Source: Octopus vulgaris
Taxonomy: Eukaryota
Reading direction: 5' to 3'
DNA length: 64,000 bases
Assembly: GCA_951406725.2 (NCBI GenBank)
Contig: OX597821.1
Coordinates: 930,001 to 994,000 of the forward strand
A program made the translations under genes and the position numbers. This document shows, one piece after another, positions 42,687-58,288 of the stretch. The stretch's first letter is position 1. Every line of letters begins with the position of its first letter. The notes under the pieces were generated by a model. That model made no database searches and was not told where the DNA came from. It saw only the letters and a list, made by a program, of their open reading frames with translations.

Positions 42687-43255
42687 GCGTGTCTTTGTGT
42701 CTGTTTTTGGCTCCCACCACCGCTTGACAACCGGTGTTGGTGTGTTTACTTCCCCGTAACTTAGCGGTTCTGCAAAAATGGACCAATAAAATAAGTACTG
42801 CGATTAATAAAACAAGTACTGGGCTCGGTTCATTAATTCGACTAAAATCCTTCAAGGCGGTGCCCCAGCATGGTCGCAGTTGAATAACTGACGCAAGTAA
42901 AAGAATATATATATATATATCAAGCTCTTATTTATTGCTTTGTCTACTTTGGGTTGAAAAGTTGAAAAATAATTATTTCACCTTCGCTCGGTGTTTCTAA
43001 ATTTTTATGAGTAAACAAAATAAATAAACAAATGATCTTTTGACAGTTGGAGTGTCATTGGTCAAAGGTCCGCCCACTCAGGGCCAACCCAGGGTTAAAC
43101 AATAAATTATAAAGCACCGTTATATGCAAATCCTCAATTTCACCATATCGCTCTTGTCCGCTGCATCATGTCCCCCCCTCCCACACACATACATCGTTAT
43201 AATTTTTTTCTTCTGTGTTATTTTCACCGATTGTGTGTATGTATGTGTGTATGTA

Positions 43256-43322
<67 letters not shown>

Positions 43323-43404
43323 AAAAATAAAAGACGAAGACAGGTGGTGTACGTGCCTTCCGTATATATACATACATACATTCGTACATATATATGTATA
43401 TGCA

Positions 43405-43468
<64 letters not shown>

Positions 43469-43596
43469 CACGTACATATATACATACATACATACACACA
43501 TACATATATGTATAGATACACAATGGATAAGAATACGCCAAAAGATATAAAATAGATACACACCACAAATGTATGCGCGTGTGTGTGCACGTGCGC

Positions 43597-43679
<83 letters not shown>

Positions 43680-43986
43680 GTGATAGGGAGTGCAAGAGCA
43701 CGAGAGGAAAACCATTATCTATGGTGTCGAAATTTAGTGTTTGTTCGTTCCAAGACGTTATCTCGAATGTTAAGTATGAAGCAGTTAAGGTTGTCATCCA
43801 GGCCAAGAGCAATTCAACAAGGTTAACTTCTTCCATTAGCACCAGATATTAACTACATTGAAAGCTTTTCATTCGTTTCTATCACCAAAAGGAGAAATAT
43901 AAAAGGGGCCATCTGAAGTAGGAGCTAAATCTGCCTCAAATGACGCCATCGTTACCCTTAAACAAAGAAGCAGGAGATTGGATAAT

Positions 43987-44194
43987 GGTACATAAAAAGT
44001 TCCTGGCTTTGGGTAAAAGAAAATACAGGAGGATCAGTTAATTATGATTTTATCCAACATATTTCCCCTTCAGATTCACACCCTAACTGTAGCGGTCCTT
44101 CAGTTTTCATAAGCCCTGTGAAAGAACTTGGTAGGCTGGGCTTCCAACCAGCTCTTTTGCGATATCCCTAAAGCCAGGAGCTTTTTAAGCACCC

Positions 44195-44200
<6 letters not shown>
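43987..44200. mobile_element. mariner-like MITE
   Basis: Inverted termini AAAAAGTTCCTGGCTTT / AAAGCCAGGAGCTTTTT..CACCCCCTTA; right end abuts (TA)n; partial internal copy at ~44260-44310. Confidence 0.7.
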
Positions 44201-44245
<45 letters not shown>

Positions 44246-44619
44246 AAATTTTCAATAAAATTTATTGAACATATTCCCTTCTCAGATTCACACACTTATT
44301 GTAGCGCTCGCTCTTGTCTTCGGAATCGGTGCTTATATTCGTAAACCGATGGATTGGCCACGACAAGGAATGGTTTGAGTCATTAGCTTGTTCAACCAAG
44401 ATTCACCTGGGGCCGACATCTATTCAGCCCCACTGCTTTATAACACATACACACATTATTCAAAGTTGTTTGATTCGGCTCCATGATGCCTAAAGTCTCT
44501 CGGGCCTCCAACAGAAACTCGTCTCTTTCAGGCTTAGATTATCAAATTTAATCTACTAAATGTGTTGAGTGCCTTTTTCTTTCGTTTGTCCACACACTCG
44601 AATATATATATATATATAT

Positions 44620-44905
44620 ATAAAATTAAAAAATGGGACAAGAATGCAAAACATCCGGACAGCTAGGTGATACAAAAAAGGGACAACAAAACATCCAGAC
44701 AAACGATACAAGGAAAACAAGGACGGGTCATTCGGAGTTTTCTATCCCCAGTCGTTCCAGATTATCCTTGTAATTTCGGCTGGTTATACATGAGATTGCT
44801 CCAATCTGGTCAGCCCCAAGGAAAAACTAAGCTAAGAGCATTAGATTCCTTGGAAGAAAGCAGCGAATGCATACGAAAACAAGGATGGGGAAAAAACGAA
44901 GAAAT
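44620..44905. mobile_element. Short non-coding element inserted in (TA)n, family H2 (second copy ~58305-58490)
   Basis: Two homologous copies starting AAAATGGGACAAGAA, both flanked by (TA)n. Confidence 0.7.
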
Positions 44906-45167
44906 GTTATATATATATCTCATATGTACATAAGTATAAGTTCCAAGGATCTAAGTGTAGGAAGCTAGTAATCTTCAATCAGTTCGTAGAAGGTATAAAA
45001 AAACAACTTCCAAGAACAATAGTAATTTATTGGCGTAGAAGGTTGTAAGTTTGTTTTTCTTTTTTTATTCTCTCACTCCGTGCTCCCTACTCATTTTCTA
45101 TCAATTCCCCTGCGAGTCAACTCGGGATCCTTTGACGACAATATAACCTTCATTTAACTAAGTTATC

Positions 45168-45253
45168 TTCGGCCTGATGAATAGCTAGAGGAGTACCTCT
45201 CGTTAATTACTATTTCTGAGGTGTTCCTTGCTAGGAAACATATGTAGCCTGGA
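45168..45253 (+). ncRNA. Type I hammerhead ribozyme-like motif with expanded helix II
   Basis: TTCGGC-CTGATGA-A-TAGC[44 nt incl. AGAGG/CCTCT hairpin]GCTA-G-GAAA-CATATGT-A-GCCTGGA; palindromic helix III ACATATGT, GUA triplet, helix I GGC/GCC; AATAAA ~65 nt downstream, then (TA)n. Confidence 0.65.
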
Positions 45254-45387
45254 TTTTACCTGCTTTATTCCGTGAAACTCTGAGTAACAGCTTTTGTTAT
45301 ATTTCTGCTGCTTTTAAATAAAGTATATATAATATATATATATATGCAGACATAGAAATTCATTATTCTTTAACAAGAATAGTATTG

Positions 45388-45432
45388 ACAGTGACTTCGA
45401 AGTTTCGGGCAGCTAAACCATCGTCGGATTGT
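45388..45432 (-). ncRNA. Type I hammerhead-like motif
   Basis: Minus strand: ACAAT-CCGACGA-TGGTTTAGCTGCCC-GAAA-CTTCGAAGT-C-ACTGT; palindromic helix III ACTTCGAAGT, GUC triplet, U4 to C. Confidence 0.55.
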
Positions 45433-45543
45433 GATATAATTGAGTTCATTTTGGCTTTATATAGTCCCTGTTAAGCTGAAATCTTCGAGGGTAAGCTGAG
45501 CTCTGTTGAATGTGATATATATATACATATACATATACATACA

Positions 45544-45579
<36 letters not shown>

Positions 45580-45595
45580 TATATACGTATACATA

Positions 45596-45670
<75 letters not shown>

Positions 45671-45770
45671 AGGATAAGATCGTTAATTTAAATATCGATC
45701 TTATCAAGTGGCCAGCGTGAGAATAAAAACCTTGAAAGGTAATAATTATTATTAAAATTATAATTTAGGG

Positions 45771-45869
45771 TATCTAAGAGATACCACCATGCTGGAAATA
45801 GCAGCCAAAACTTGACTTATAGTGCCAAGTTTTGGCTGCTATTTCCACCGTGGTGGTATCTGTTAGATA
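45771..45869. repeat. Inverted repeat, 46-bp arms with 4 mismatches and 7-nt loop
   Basis: TATCTAAGAGATACCACCATGCTGGAAATAGCAGCCAAAACTTGAC versus the reverse complement of 45824-45869. Confidence 0.9.
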
Positions 45870-45873
45870 ATTT

Positions 45874-45938
<65 letters not shown>

Positions 45939-45939
45939 C

Positions 45940-45976
<37 letters not shown>

Positions 45977-46738
45977 ATACAAACGTACTTCTGCACGAAC
46001 ACACACATACACATACATACATCTTTAATGAGAGTGTACTTTATATTCAGAACTCTTTGACTCATTAAATTGGTGGTGATGGTAAGCAAACCCCACTCAG
46101 GAAAAAACAGACAAACAAACAAAAAGAAACAAAACGAAACAAAATCAACGTAAAAACAAAACAAAACAGAAATGGAAACAAAAACCAAAAAACCGGCAAA
46201 AAAAAAAAATCAAAGAAAAACCCTAACTCCTACAAGAAAACATACCCACCCTATCGCCCCTGCCCCAAACGTACTTCCTTATCTTTCTGGCGTTCTTCAG
46301 CTAACATACATTCTCTATAATTATCACTGAGAGCAAACACGAATTCCATCCATATGATGTTACTTAAGCACTCTGATTTCTTTCTCAGTGATTCCCAGTT
46401 TCCAGGCTGTCGACTTACGGTAAACGGTATTTAAATACGACCGTGTGCTTAAGGAAGCTCGCTTGCTAATCGGCTGGTTTCGCGTTCAGTACCACTGCGC
46501 GGCACCTTGGCGGTTGTAGGTTTATGGTTAAGGCTAACACGTATTTCATCAATGACCGATCCGTTTGCAATAATTCTTCTTTTTTCTTCGAGTCATAGTG
46601 TATCTCGGATTACGTTATGTAATGTGTTCATTTTTAAAAAATGTGGTCTGAAAGGAAGCGAGAATTGACTGGTATTTCTTGTTAGGTGAACGGCTGCATA
46701 CTAACTACCTCATCAGCTTGCCACTCATACTGAGCTAA

Positions 46739-46795
<57 letters not shown>

Positions 46796-47540
46796 ACGGC
46801 CCTGTCTCACTTCTTGATAAGGAAAACTGGTTTGTCTCCCTTGTAGGTCGTATACACATATATATATGTGTGTGTGTATGTGAGTGTGTGTTTGTATTTC
46901 TCCCTCCGCCATCGCTTAACAACCAATGCTGGTGCCTTTAAAAGAACCGATAAAATACTAGGCTTTACAAAGAATAAGTCCCGGAGTTGATTTCTTCGAC
47001 TAACACCCTTTAAGGCTGTGCTCTAGCATGGCCGTAGCCAAATGACTGAAACGAGTATAAGAAGAAAAGAATGTCTACATTTTTAAACACATTTCGAAAT
47101 AACAACCCCACCCAATTCTTTGTTTTCAGTTTTAAAAAAATAAGTATAGGGTGGAGGGGTGGGTGGGTGTCCCGATTACTTCGACTAAATCCTTAAAGTC
47201 AATGACTCGGCATGGCCGCAATCCAACGACCAGAGCAAGTAAAAATAAAAGAATTAAAGTATGAAAGAATAACAGAGTACTAGATATGAATAGAACACGA
47301 ACAGGCGGATTAATAAACCACCGAGCAAAAATGTTCGTCTGTTTTGATTAAAATAATCTGGTGTGTATTTATTTATTATTTTTTGGTAAAAAAAAGTGGA
47401 GAGGGCGTTTGTTAAGCGGTATTCAAGGAAATCGGAGAATGGTGCAGAGGTAAAAATGTTTAAGAACTGTTGCTTAGATGGTGGAACTATAGAACTATGA
47501 TGAGAAGTGGGAAAGCGAAAGTCAATATTAATAAGCATAA

Positions 47541-47590
<50 letters not shown>

Positions 47591-48886
47591 AAATTGTGTG
47601 TGTTTGTGTACATGCATGTGTGTATGTATTTGTAAATATAAAAGTAATAAATATGTATTTATAAATATGTATGTATATGCATGTGTATGTATATGTAAAT
47701 ATAAGTGTGTGTGTGTGTATGTATGTATGTGTCTGTGTGCGTATAGGAAAAAATGTACTATAAGTAAGAAAAGATGAAGGCATTTAACTTTATCTCATTC
47801 ATATATTCATCTTCCGCGCTTTAAAGCCATAAAAAAATCAAATATAAAAAAAAAACAAGAAGAAAGAAAGAAATTGCCCACCGTAATATAAAGTAATAAA
47901 GTCCCAGCACGCACAGACAGACATACTGAAATGCAAACGGAAATCGATCCATGCGCCACCTGTTGATTGAAATAGTGAGCAAGCTTGCAAAACGTAACCG
48001 AATGGTGAAATCAACCTTATATAAGTGTATGAGAAAGTCAGTGTGAGTATGCTTATGTATGTGTGTATGTGTGCGTATAGGTTATGAATGTGTGTGTGTG
48101 TGCGTGTAAGTTATGAATGAGTGTATGTGTGTAGATGAACCTATAAATCAATGCATGCTTGTATGCATACGTACATATATATGCATGTGTACGTACGTAC
48201 ATATATATGCATGTGTACGTACGTAGGTATAAATAGGCGCAGATACATTTCTTTATCTTGCACTCACATCATTTATAAATAATAAAGATGGTTTCCAAAT
48301 GAATTTGAGCACAAGAGAAATATATAACTGTGTTTTAGAAATATATGAATGTGTGTCTATGTGTGTATGTGTACAGAAAGAGAGAAAGAGGGACGGAGAG
48401 GGACGGGGAAGGCAAAGAGAGATATAACAGACATAAAATAAGAAAGGAAAAAATAAAAGGATACAAGAAAGAAATTCAGTATTTTCTTATCGAATAATTT
48501 GGAAAAAAAAAAAATGGTAGACGATAGCTAAACGTTTGTGACCAGTGAGCTACGTCGTTGCCAAGATGGTCAGCTTGGATTTAGCAGAGCCAGACATATT
48601 CTAGATAGAATGAATCCGCAGAATTGACTGGCTTAAGACAGTCATGTACAGACGACGTTATCTCTCATTATGTAGTTTTGTGGTAGAGTAAGCACTAAAT
48701 AGCATCGTCGGCAAAAACCACCATTACTAATACTAACAAAAAAACAAAAAAAACCCCAACAAATATAATGACAACAACAACAACGTCAAGAACGAGAACA
48801 ACAGATTGCTCCACCAATTTCTTTAGCCATGAATTTCAGTACGAATCAGTATCATAATCACCATCACAAGCTCTATCTATCTATCT

Positions 48887-50396
<1,510 letters not shown>

Positions 50397-50568
50397 CGTT
50401 TGTGTGTGTGTATGTGTCTGTGTGTGCGTTTGTGTGTGTGCGTGTGTGTGTCTGTGTGTTTATGAGTGTAGTCGAGTGGATACATATGTATATGCACATA
50501 CATACGTACATATATATGTACGATGTATGTTATGTATGTGTGTATATATATATATATACATGTGTGAA

Positions 50569-50611
<43 letters not shown>

Positions 50612-50808
50612 CATGTACGTATGTATATGTATAAAAGTCGGATGCAAAGCCAGACAGATCTGTATCTACCTGCCGCTCTGCCTTTCCTCCTTGCTTTCTC
50701 TCTCTTTCCCGCCACACACTCACATATATGTATATAGATATCTTTCTACACAAACACACACACACACGCGCACATATATGCACGCATACGAATGAGCAGG
50801 ACAACAGA

Positions 50809-50848
<40 letters not shown>

Positions 50849-51158
50849 AATATGGAGAGATATGGAGAGATCAATATGAGAAGATGTGCGTAGATTTATG
50901 AGTTTGAAGATGATTTAGTAGAAAATATAATGAGTAGTTTCGGATGTTTCGAATGGCTGGCTGTGGTATTATTTATCATTCGTCTGCTGGACAACAACAC
51001 ATGCTTCCTGTCCAACCCCAAACCCCGCCATTACTCTCACGTCTGCTATCGCCATGAGAGCTTTCATCCAATTTGGAAGCTAAATGCATCTCGCATGCAT
51101 TACTATAGCTTTGTTGATTGGCTCCTCTGTTTTGCTGGAAATCAACCAGCGGAGAGAG

Positions 51159-51233
<75 letters not shown>

Positions 51234-51339
51234 TAGATATAATAATAGGTAGGTAGAATAGATAAATAGATAGTTCGATAGGTAGATTCCCTATGTATAC
51301 GGACATACGAGTACATGTGCACATATACATGTGTGTGTG

Positions 51340-51439
<100 letters not shown>

Positions 51440-51440
51440 G

Positions 51441-51494
<54 letters not shown>

Positions 51495-51759
51495 GACACA
51501 CACATCAACATATATGTATTTATATATCTATCTTGTCATATATGTGTGTATATATGTTTGTTGTGTATATGTCTATGCGTGTGCGTGTGTATCATTCTAT
51601 TCATCAACCCATCCGTCTGTCTGTCTGTCTGTCTGCCTTTATCTATATCCATATGTGTGTGTATGTGGAGGGGGTAAGTTTGATGTACTAAAAGTATTGC
51701 CGCTTAGGATATGTATGTATTTATGTGTGTGCATGCATACAAAAATATGCTTATGCACA

Positions 51760-51827
<68 letters not shown>

Positions 51828-52859
51828 CGCCTACACTCACTAACACACACACACACAGGTCCCATAAACTCTAAGTATACGTATCTCCTTCTCCACGAAA
51901 ATCACAATTTGTCTGAATCATCTTTCACTACCTCATAGAATAAAGCACAGTTTTTCTTTAGCTGCTGTATTAAGTCAAGCTATCAATGCTGTACTTCCCC
52001 ATATCTCTTCATTCCTTCCACCAAACCCATCGATCTTCAATTCCATGATTTCACTCGAAACCATTACTGATATTGTGGCAATTTACTTTGGTGCTTCGGC
52101 TAATTTCTAGGTCACCAAATGTATGAGAGGGTTTCGATTCATTGCGAAATTTATTTGATTTATTTTCGTATGTTTAACAGTTGCATAACTTTATGATACA
52201 CTGTTCATTATATATATATATATATATATACACATATATATATATATATATATATATTTGTAATACAAAAAGGCGGTGGAATGGACAGGCTTTAATCGAA
52301 ATCTCAACAACTGTTTCTGTGCGTTGGCATCTATCATTAGTTGATGTGTGCCCCACATATTATACATCTTCTTTTCCACTCTAGGCACAAGGCCCGAAAT
52401 ATCTGAGTCTATGATCCCAATTTTTTTATTCGATAGTTTCATTGATATCTCAACAATCAAAGCATAAAGGAAAATTAAGATGGCTGCCTTGTAGTACAGA
52501 TTACGGTGAAACTAATAGTTATAGCGCATGCGTCTATGTATGTACGTGTATGTAGGTGTTTGCGTATTAGTGGATTACTGTCCAAAAGAAAAATCTGAAC
52601 GGTATATTGTGCCCTAAACACCTCTCTGTCTAGCATCTTAGGATCTGAGGACAACACCAATAGACTGTGACATTATCCAAGAATGAGAGCCAACAATGAA
52701 ACGGAATTCGATGTGGAATGAAAGGGTATTTGTTGTTGTTGTTATTGATTTTTGTTGTTGTTTCTGTTGGCAGGGTGTGTTTTCTGATGATTCATTGACT
52801 TCGTTCTAACAGAAAAGTAAACACTCTGTTTTAGTTTGTCCGGGGTTGATAAAATAATA

Positions 52860-53100
52860 GTAAAGTCAGCGCTGTCTTGTGATCCAGGGTTCAGGAGGAT
52901 GGTTATCTGGCTTCCATGGCGTATAAGTGATCGAAATCTCAAGTTTCCACCCTGAACGAAATGCCAGCCCGTCGTAAGGTTGCTCATTTACAGCTGAGTG
53001 GACTGGGGCAACAGGAAATGGAATTGTTGACGCACCAATCAAAACCTCAGCCTTGCGATCGCGAGTGCAACACCTTAACCACTGGACCACGTGCTTTCAC
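52860..53100 (-). mobile_element. tRNA-derived SINE, degenerate
   Basis: Head GTGGTCCAGTGGTTAAGGTGTTG; CCAGTCCACTCAGCTGTAAATGAG central motif. Confidence 0.6.
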
Positions 53101-53132
53101 TGTCGATAAAATAATACGGAACAGAAATATAT

Positions 53133-53714
53133 CCTTTTCTACACTAGGCACAAGGCCCGAAAATTTTGGAGAGGGGCCACTCGATTAGATCGACCCCTGT
53201 GCGCAACTGGTACTTAATTTATCGACTCCGAAAGTATGAAATGCAATGTCGACCTCAGCGGAATTTGAACTCAGAACGTAAAGACAAACGAAATGCCTAT
53301 TTCTTTACTACCCACACGGAGCTAAGCACAGAGAGGCCAAACAAGGACAGACAGACGGATTAAGTTGATTATATCGACCCCAGTGCGTAACTGGTACTTA
53401 TTTAATCGACCCCGAAAGGATGAAAGGCAAAGTCGAACGCGGTGGAATTTGAACTCAGAACGTAACGGCAGACGAAATACCTATTTCTTCACTACCCACA
53501 AGGGGCTAAACACAGAGGGGTCAAACAAGGACAGACAAACGGATTAAGTCGATTATATCGACCCCAGTGCATAACTGGTACTTATTTAATCGACACCGAA
53601 AGGATGAAAGGCAAAGTCGACCTCGGCGGAATTTGAACTCAGAACGTAAAGACAGACGAAATACCACTAAGCATTTCGCCCGGCGTGCTAACGATTCTGC
53701 CAGCTCGCCACCTT
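53133..53714 (-). mobile_element. Trimeric SINE family 1 element (one full unit plus two head-truncated units)
   Basis: Three copies of the body at ~184-bp spacing; 12-bp TSD ACAGAAATATAT at 53121-53132 and 53715-53726. Confidence 0.9.
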
Positions 53715-54261
53715 ACAGAAATATATTGGAAACGATTAACCAGTTCAACTGTATCCGTTTACATTAGCCAGGAAGAAACATTTCGGCCCAAACAAAAAGG
53801 ATATTACAGATATATGTCTGTATGATGTAATCTAAGAGAAACTTTTACAGCTTTCCTGATATCGTTTTAAAGTTTAAATCGATAAACTAGAGTTAGTAAG
53901 AAAAAAATACAGAAAGAAAAAAACTCAAACAGTACAGAACAAAAACAAACAAACATGTAATTAGATACGAATTAAACTAGATTCAAGCTATTTATTAGAA
54001 AATAGAGGTTTAACAGTCAATAAGCTATGCATTCATTCTTGTCCCTTACTTATCGATGTATCTGGACATGAAAAGAGACTTCTTAATTGGAGTAGAAATT
54101 CTCTGCATGCGCCATTATGATTCCACTCATTGACGTTGTATTTTGGCAAGAAATTAACGCTTTCATGTCGGAAAACTGCCATCGATGCCAAAGAATTTGA
54201 TGTAGGGGAAAATCAGTTGGAAATAGTTTGATCAAAATATATTTCTTTACATACATACATA

Positions 54262-54315
<54 letters not shown>

Positions 54316-54520
54316 GTGTGTGTGTGTGTGTGTTATTGCTTTGTTAACTACTTTGTATGTACCTTTCAATTAAAAATGAATGTTATTGACAATAGGTGCA
54401 CATGCATGGCTCTGTGGATTAGGAAGTCGCTTTGCAGCTATGAGGTTTCGAATACCATTGTACGACACGAATTTGGCAGACGAGAACTGTGTTGAAGTCC
54501 GCCATATATAATATATATAT

Positions 54521-55073
<553 letters not shown>

Positions 55074-55075
55074 TC

Positions 55076-55124
<49 letters not shown>

Positions 55125-55129
<5 letters not shown>

Positions 55130-55320
55130 TAATCCAAACAAGAAAGCACAAAAAAACACAACGTGGAACAAATATAGTATTATTGGACGCCCAGGAAAGA
55201 AGGAAAGAAGGAGGGTTTAACGTTTCTAGCGGAGCTCTTCGTCGGAAACATAGGAGAAGGAAAGATCCAGCGAAGGGAAGACAGAGGGAAAAATCGCCAA
55301 CGGTACACACGGGATCACAT
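55125..55320 (-). mobile_element. Mini-element next to (TA)n carrying a minimal hammerhead-like motif (55215-55249)
   Basis: Minus strand: GTTT-CCGACGA-A-GAGC(TCC)GCTA-GAAA-CGTT-AAAC. Confidence 0.55.
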
Positions 55321-56136
55321 GCATATATGGGTACAGAATGTCACCAACTGTGCAAATAACATGAAATACGTAAATAAAAATAAAAAAAATGGAAAACAGG
55401 ACAAATAAATACGGTGAAAGAACTCTTCATCAGTTGTCGGCTCTCTATGTAATCCTCGTATTTGCTCTGCGTACCATAATCAGTAAAACTACTAAATACA
55501 TAAGTAACTAAACTACTATACTGGAAGAATTCTGGACGATAATAATCTTCGCGAAGCTCTAAACTCCACAGCGGCAGTTGTATGTGTAAGTGTACGCACA
55601 ACGTAAACTAAATGTGTGTGTAAAGGAAATGAAATACGGAGAACAGAAACACCAACAGAAGTCCAAGTGACGTTTACAATTAACGTTAAGAGGTTGACGC
55701 TCAAAGGAGGAAAAAAGTTGTAAAGTTTTGCCGTTTCGGACATTGTTCTTCTTAGGATAGAAGTTCAAGGAGAAGCAAGGGGTAGAGGAGGAAAGGATAT
55801 AAAATAAGGAAGAAAAAATGAGGTGTGAAAGAATGATAGTCGTATTTATATTTGTATTTATGTGCGTATGTGTGTGTGTCATTGTATCTGCCTTTATCTC
55901 AGCCAACGTTTCACAGCAGGTGTTAGTTTGTTTACGCCCTGTAACTTAACTGGTCAACGAAAGAGGCTTATAGAATACTCGCCAGACTTTAGAAAAATAA
56001 GTGCTGGGATCGATATTTTCGACAAAAATCTTTTAAGGCGGTGCCCCAGAATGGCCGCAATCCAATGACTGAAACAAGTAAGTGATAAAAGATAAATATA
56101 GATACCTATCTATATTTAGAGAGATATCTAAATATC

Positions 56137-56505
56137 TGTGTGGTAAGAAGCTTACTTCCCAACCACATGGCTCCAGGTTCAGTCCCACTGTGTGGCAGCT
56201 TGGGTAAACCTTTTCTACTTTATATATGTGTGTATATATAAATGTATATATCTATGTGTGTATATCTTTGTGTCTGTGTTTGTCCCTTCACTCTACGGGT
56301 TGACAACCAATGTTGATGTGTTTATGTCCCCGTAACTCGGTGGTTCTCGGTAAAAGAAACCGATAGAATAATAGGCTTACAAAAAAAAAAAAAAAAAAAA
56401 AAAAGCAAGAAAACTAAGTCTTGGGGTTGATTTGTTCGACTATAACCCTGCAAGGTGGCGCCCCAGCATGGCCGCAATCTCATGACTGAAACAAGTAAAT
56501 GATTA
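56137..56505 (+). mobile_element. SINE family 2, internally deleted
   Basis: Homologous to 54521-55073. Confidence 0.75.
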
Positions 56506-57284
56506 AAAAAACAAACTAAAAAACAACGCAAAAAGGAAAAGATCTCTTGTTCTAGAGAGCGATGCAGCTTCTATTGTTTGTTCTGCGGATGTGGATTTGC
56601 GAGGGTTTACATTAAAGATATTTGTATATAGTTTCCTATTTAGTGTGTGGCGGTCCTTGTTCTTGCAGAATTACAGGAACTAATTAATTGACGTCAGGAT
56701 TCACAGCTTAATAAAGTTATTATATATAGAAGCCACTGCATGGTGTTCGCCAGAAGGTGTAGTTTTTGGAATTATTAATTAATTCCTAACAAATACTTTG
56801 ATTTTATTTTTAGTTAGCGTATTTGCCTGCAGTAGTCATTATTACGCTTGAAATGGTTAATGCCATACTTTTAATAACGTGTTTTAGTTTTTCAATTTTT
56901 CAATTTTGAAGCATTTAAAAAGAAGATATAAAAAATATTTCTATTTTTTCAATTTCACTTCTATATTCATCTAAATTTTGTTATATGATTCTACATATTC
57001 AAGCACGTGTATGATTTGTTTGGGCGAACTGTTTTACACTTGGATATCCGCCTTAAAGCTAACTACTCAAGCACGAAATAAGATTGATGCCTATTTTCAG
57101 CTATGTTGACTGAGCTAAGAAGAGATATATGCTTTGCTTGAGGGCAAAATACTCAGATCTTTAACAGCGCACTTAATTAGTTGATTCCAATAGCAGAAGT
57201 TGAAAAACAGCAGTATTTAGTTGGTGAAGATTTCGTTCAAACGCTTGGCAAATATCTGTGTTTAGATTTGTGGTTTAGTAGACT

Positions 57285-57735
57285 ACCTGGAGAATGTGGT
57301 ACCTGGTCGAAATGATTGCTATTTGAAATGTTATTTAATCAAAACATTACCTAGCTGAAACGTTAATTCGGTCGAAGTGATACCAAGTCGAAATGTTTCT
57401 TAACCAAAGCGTTTCTTGAGCGAAGCGTTACTCGGTCAAAGCCTTGTATGTCTGAAGCGGTGCATCGTCGATATGTTACCTGATCGAAAAGTTACTTGGT
57501 CTAGTGTCGAAATGTTACCTAACCATTACGTTGTCTAGTCGAAGTACTACCTGGCCGAATTGTTACCTTTTTGAAGCGTTACCTCATCGAACGTTTTTCT
57601 AATCGAAGTGATACCATGTTTGGAGAGTTGCCTGGTCAAGGCGTAATATAGTTGGAGCGTTATCAGATCGATGCGTTACTTGGTCGAAACGGCAACTGGT
57701 CAAAGTGCTCCATGGTCGGAGCGTTATCTGGAAAT
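57285..57735. repeat. Degenerate ~17-bp minisatellite, consensus approximately TGGTCGAAGCGTTACC
   Basis: Recurring GTCGAA and GTTAC motifs at ~17-bp spacing over ~450 bp. Confidence 0.8.
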
Positions 57736-58095
57736 CTCACTAAGTTCCTAATAAGGAATAATAAAGAAACTTCTGAGTGGAATCATTTGAGTATAATTGA
57801 TTTAATATTGTTTTTTACTTTCATTAATGCTTTGCTCTTTTCATCTTGTGATTTGTGTTGACCATACTCAAGGTACATTGCACGAAATGTTATGACCAAC
57901 CTAATACTGATTACGTCAGGAGAAAAAAAAACAAAAACAAAAAAACGAACAAGCAATAAGTAACAGAAAAAACTTCAAGAACGCCCCCACCCCTGACTTA
58001 AATGTAAATGGGAAAATCCTTTGTCGAAAGCTTTCTCTTTCGGTTCTAGCTGACAGCCATAATCCAGTGTATGTGCGTATCTTTTAGGGCGATTA

Positions 58096-58146
<51 letters not shown>

Positions 58147-58149
<3 letters not shown>

Positions 58150-58288
58150 GGAGAATTCACAAAAAAAAACAAAAAAAAACAAAAGACGGAGACAGGTGGT
58201 GTAGACAACAAACAGATGTATTAACGTTTCGAGCCTACGCTCTTCCACAGAAAGGAACAGAGAAAGAAACAAGGAGAGAAAATAAAGA
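58147..58288 (-). mobile_element. Mini-element family H1 inserted in (TA)n
   Basis: Homologous to ~31036-31173, ~31383-31560, ~42465-42605 and ~43312-43360; (TA)n on both sides; contains CTTT-CTGTGGA-A-GAGC(GTAG)GCTC-GAAA-CGTT. Confidence 0.75.

Noticed and set aside
57285-57735. CRISPR-like array
   Set aside because: No unique spacers, degenerate units, no cas genes, eukaryotic context
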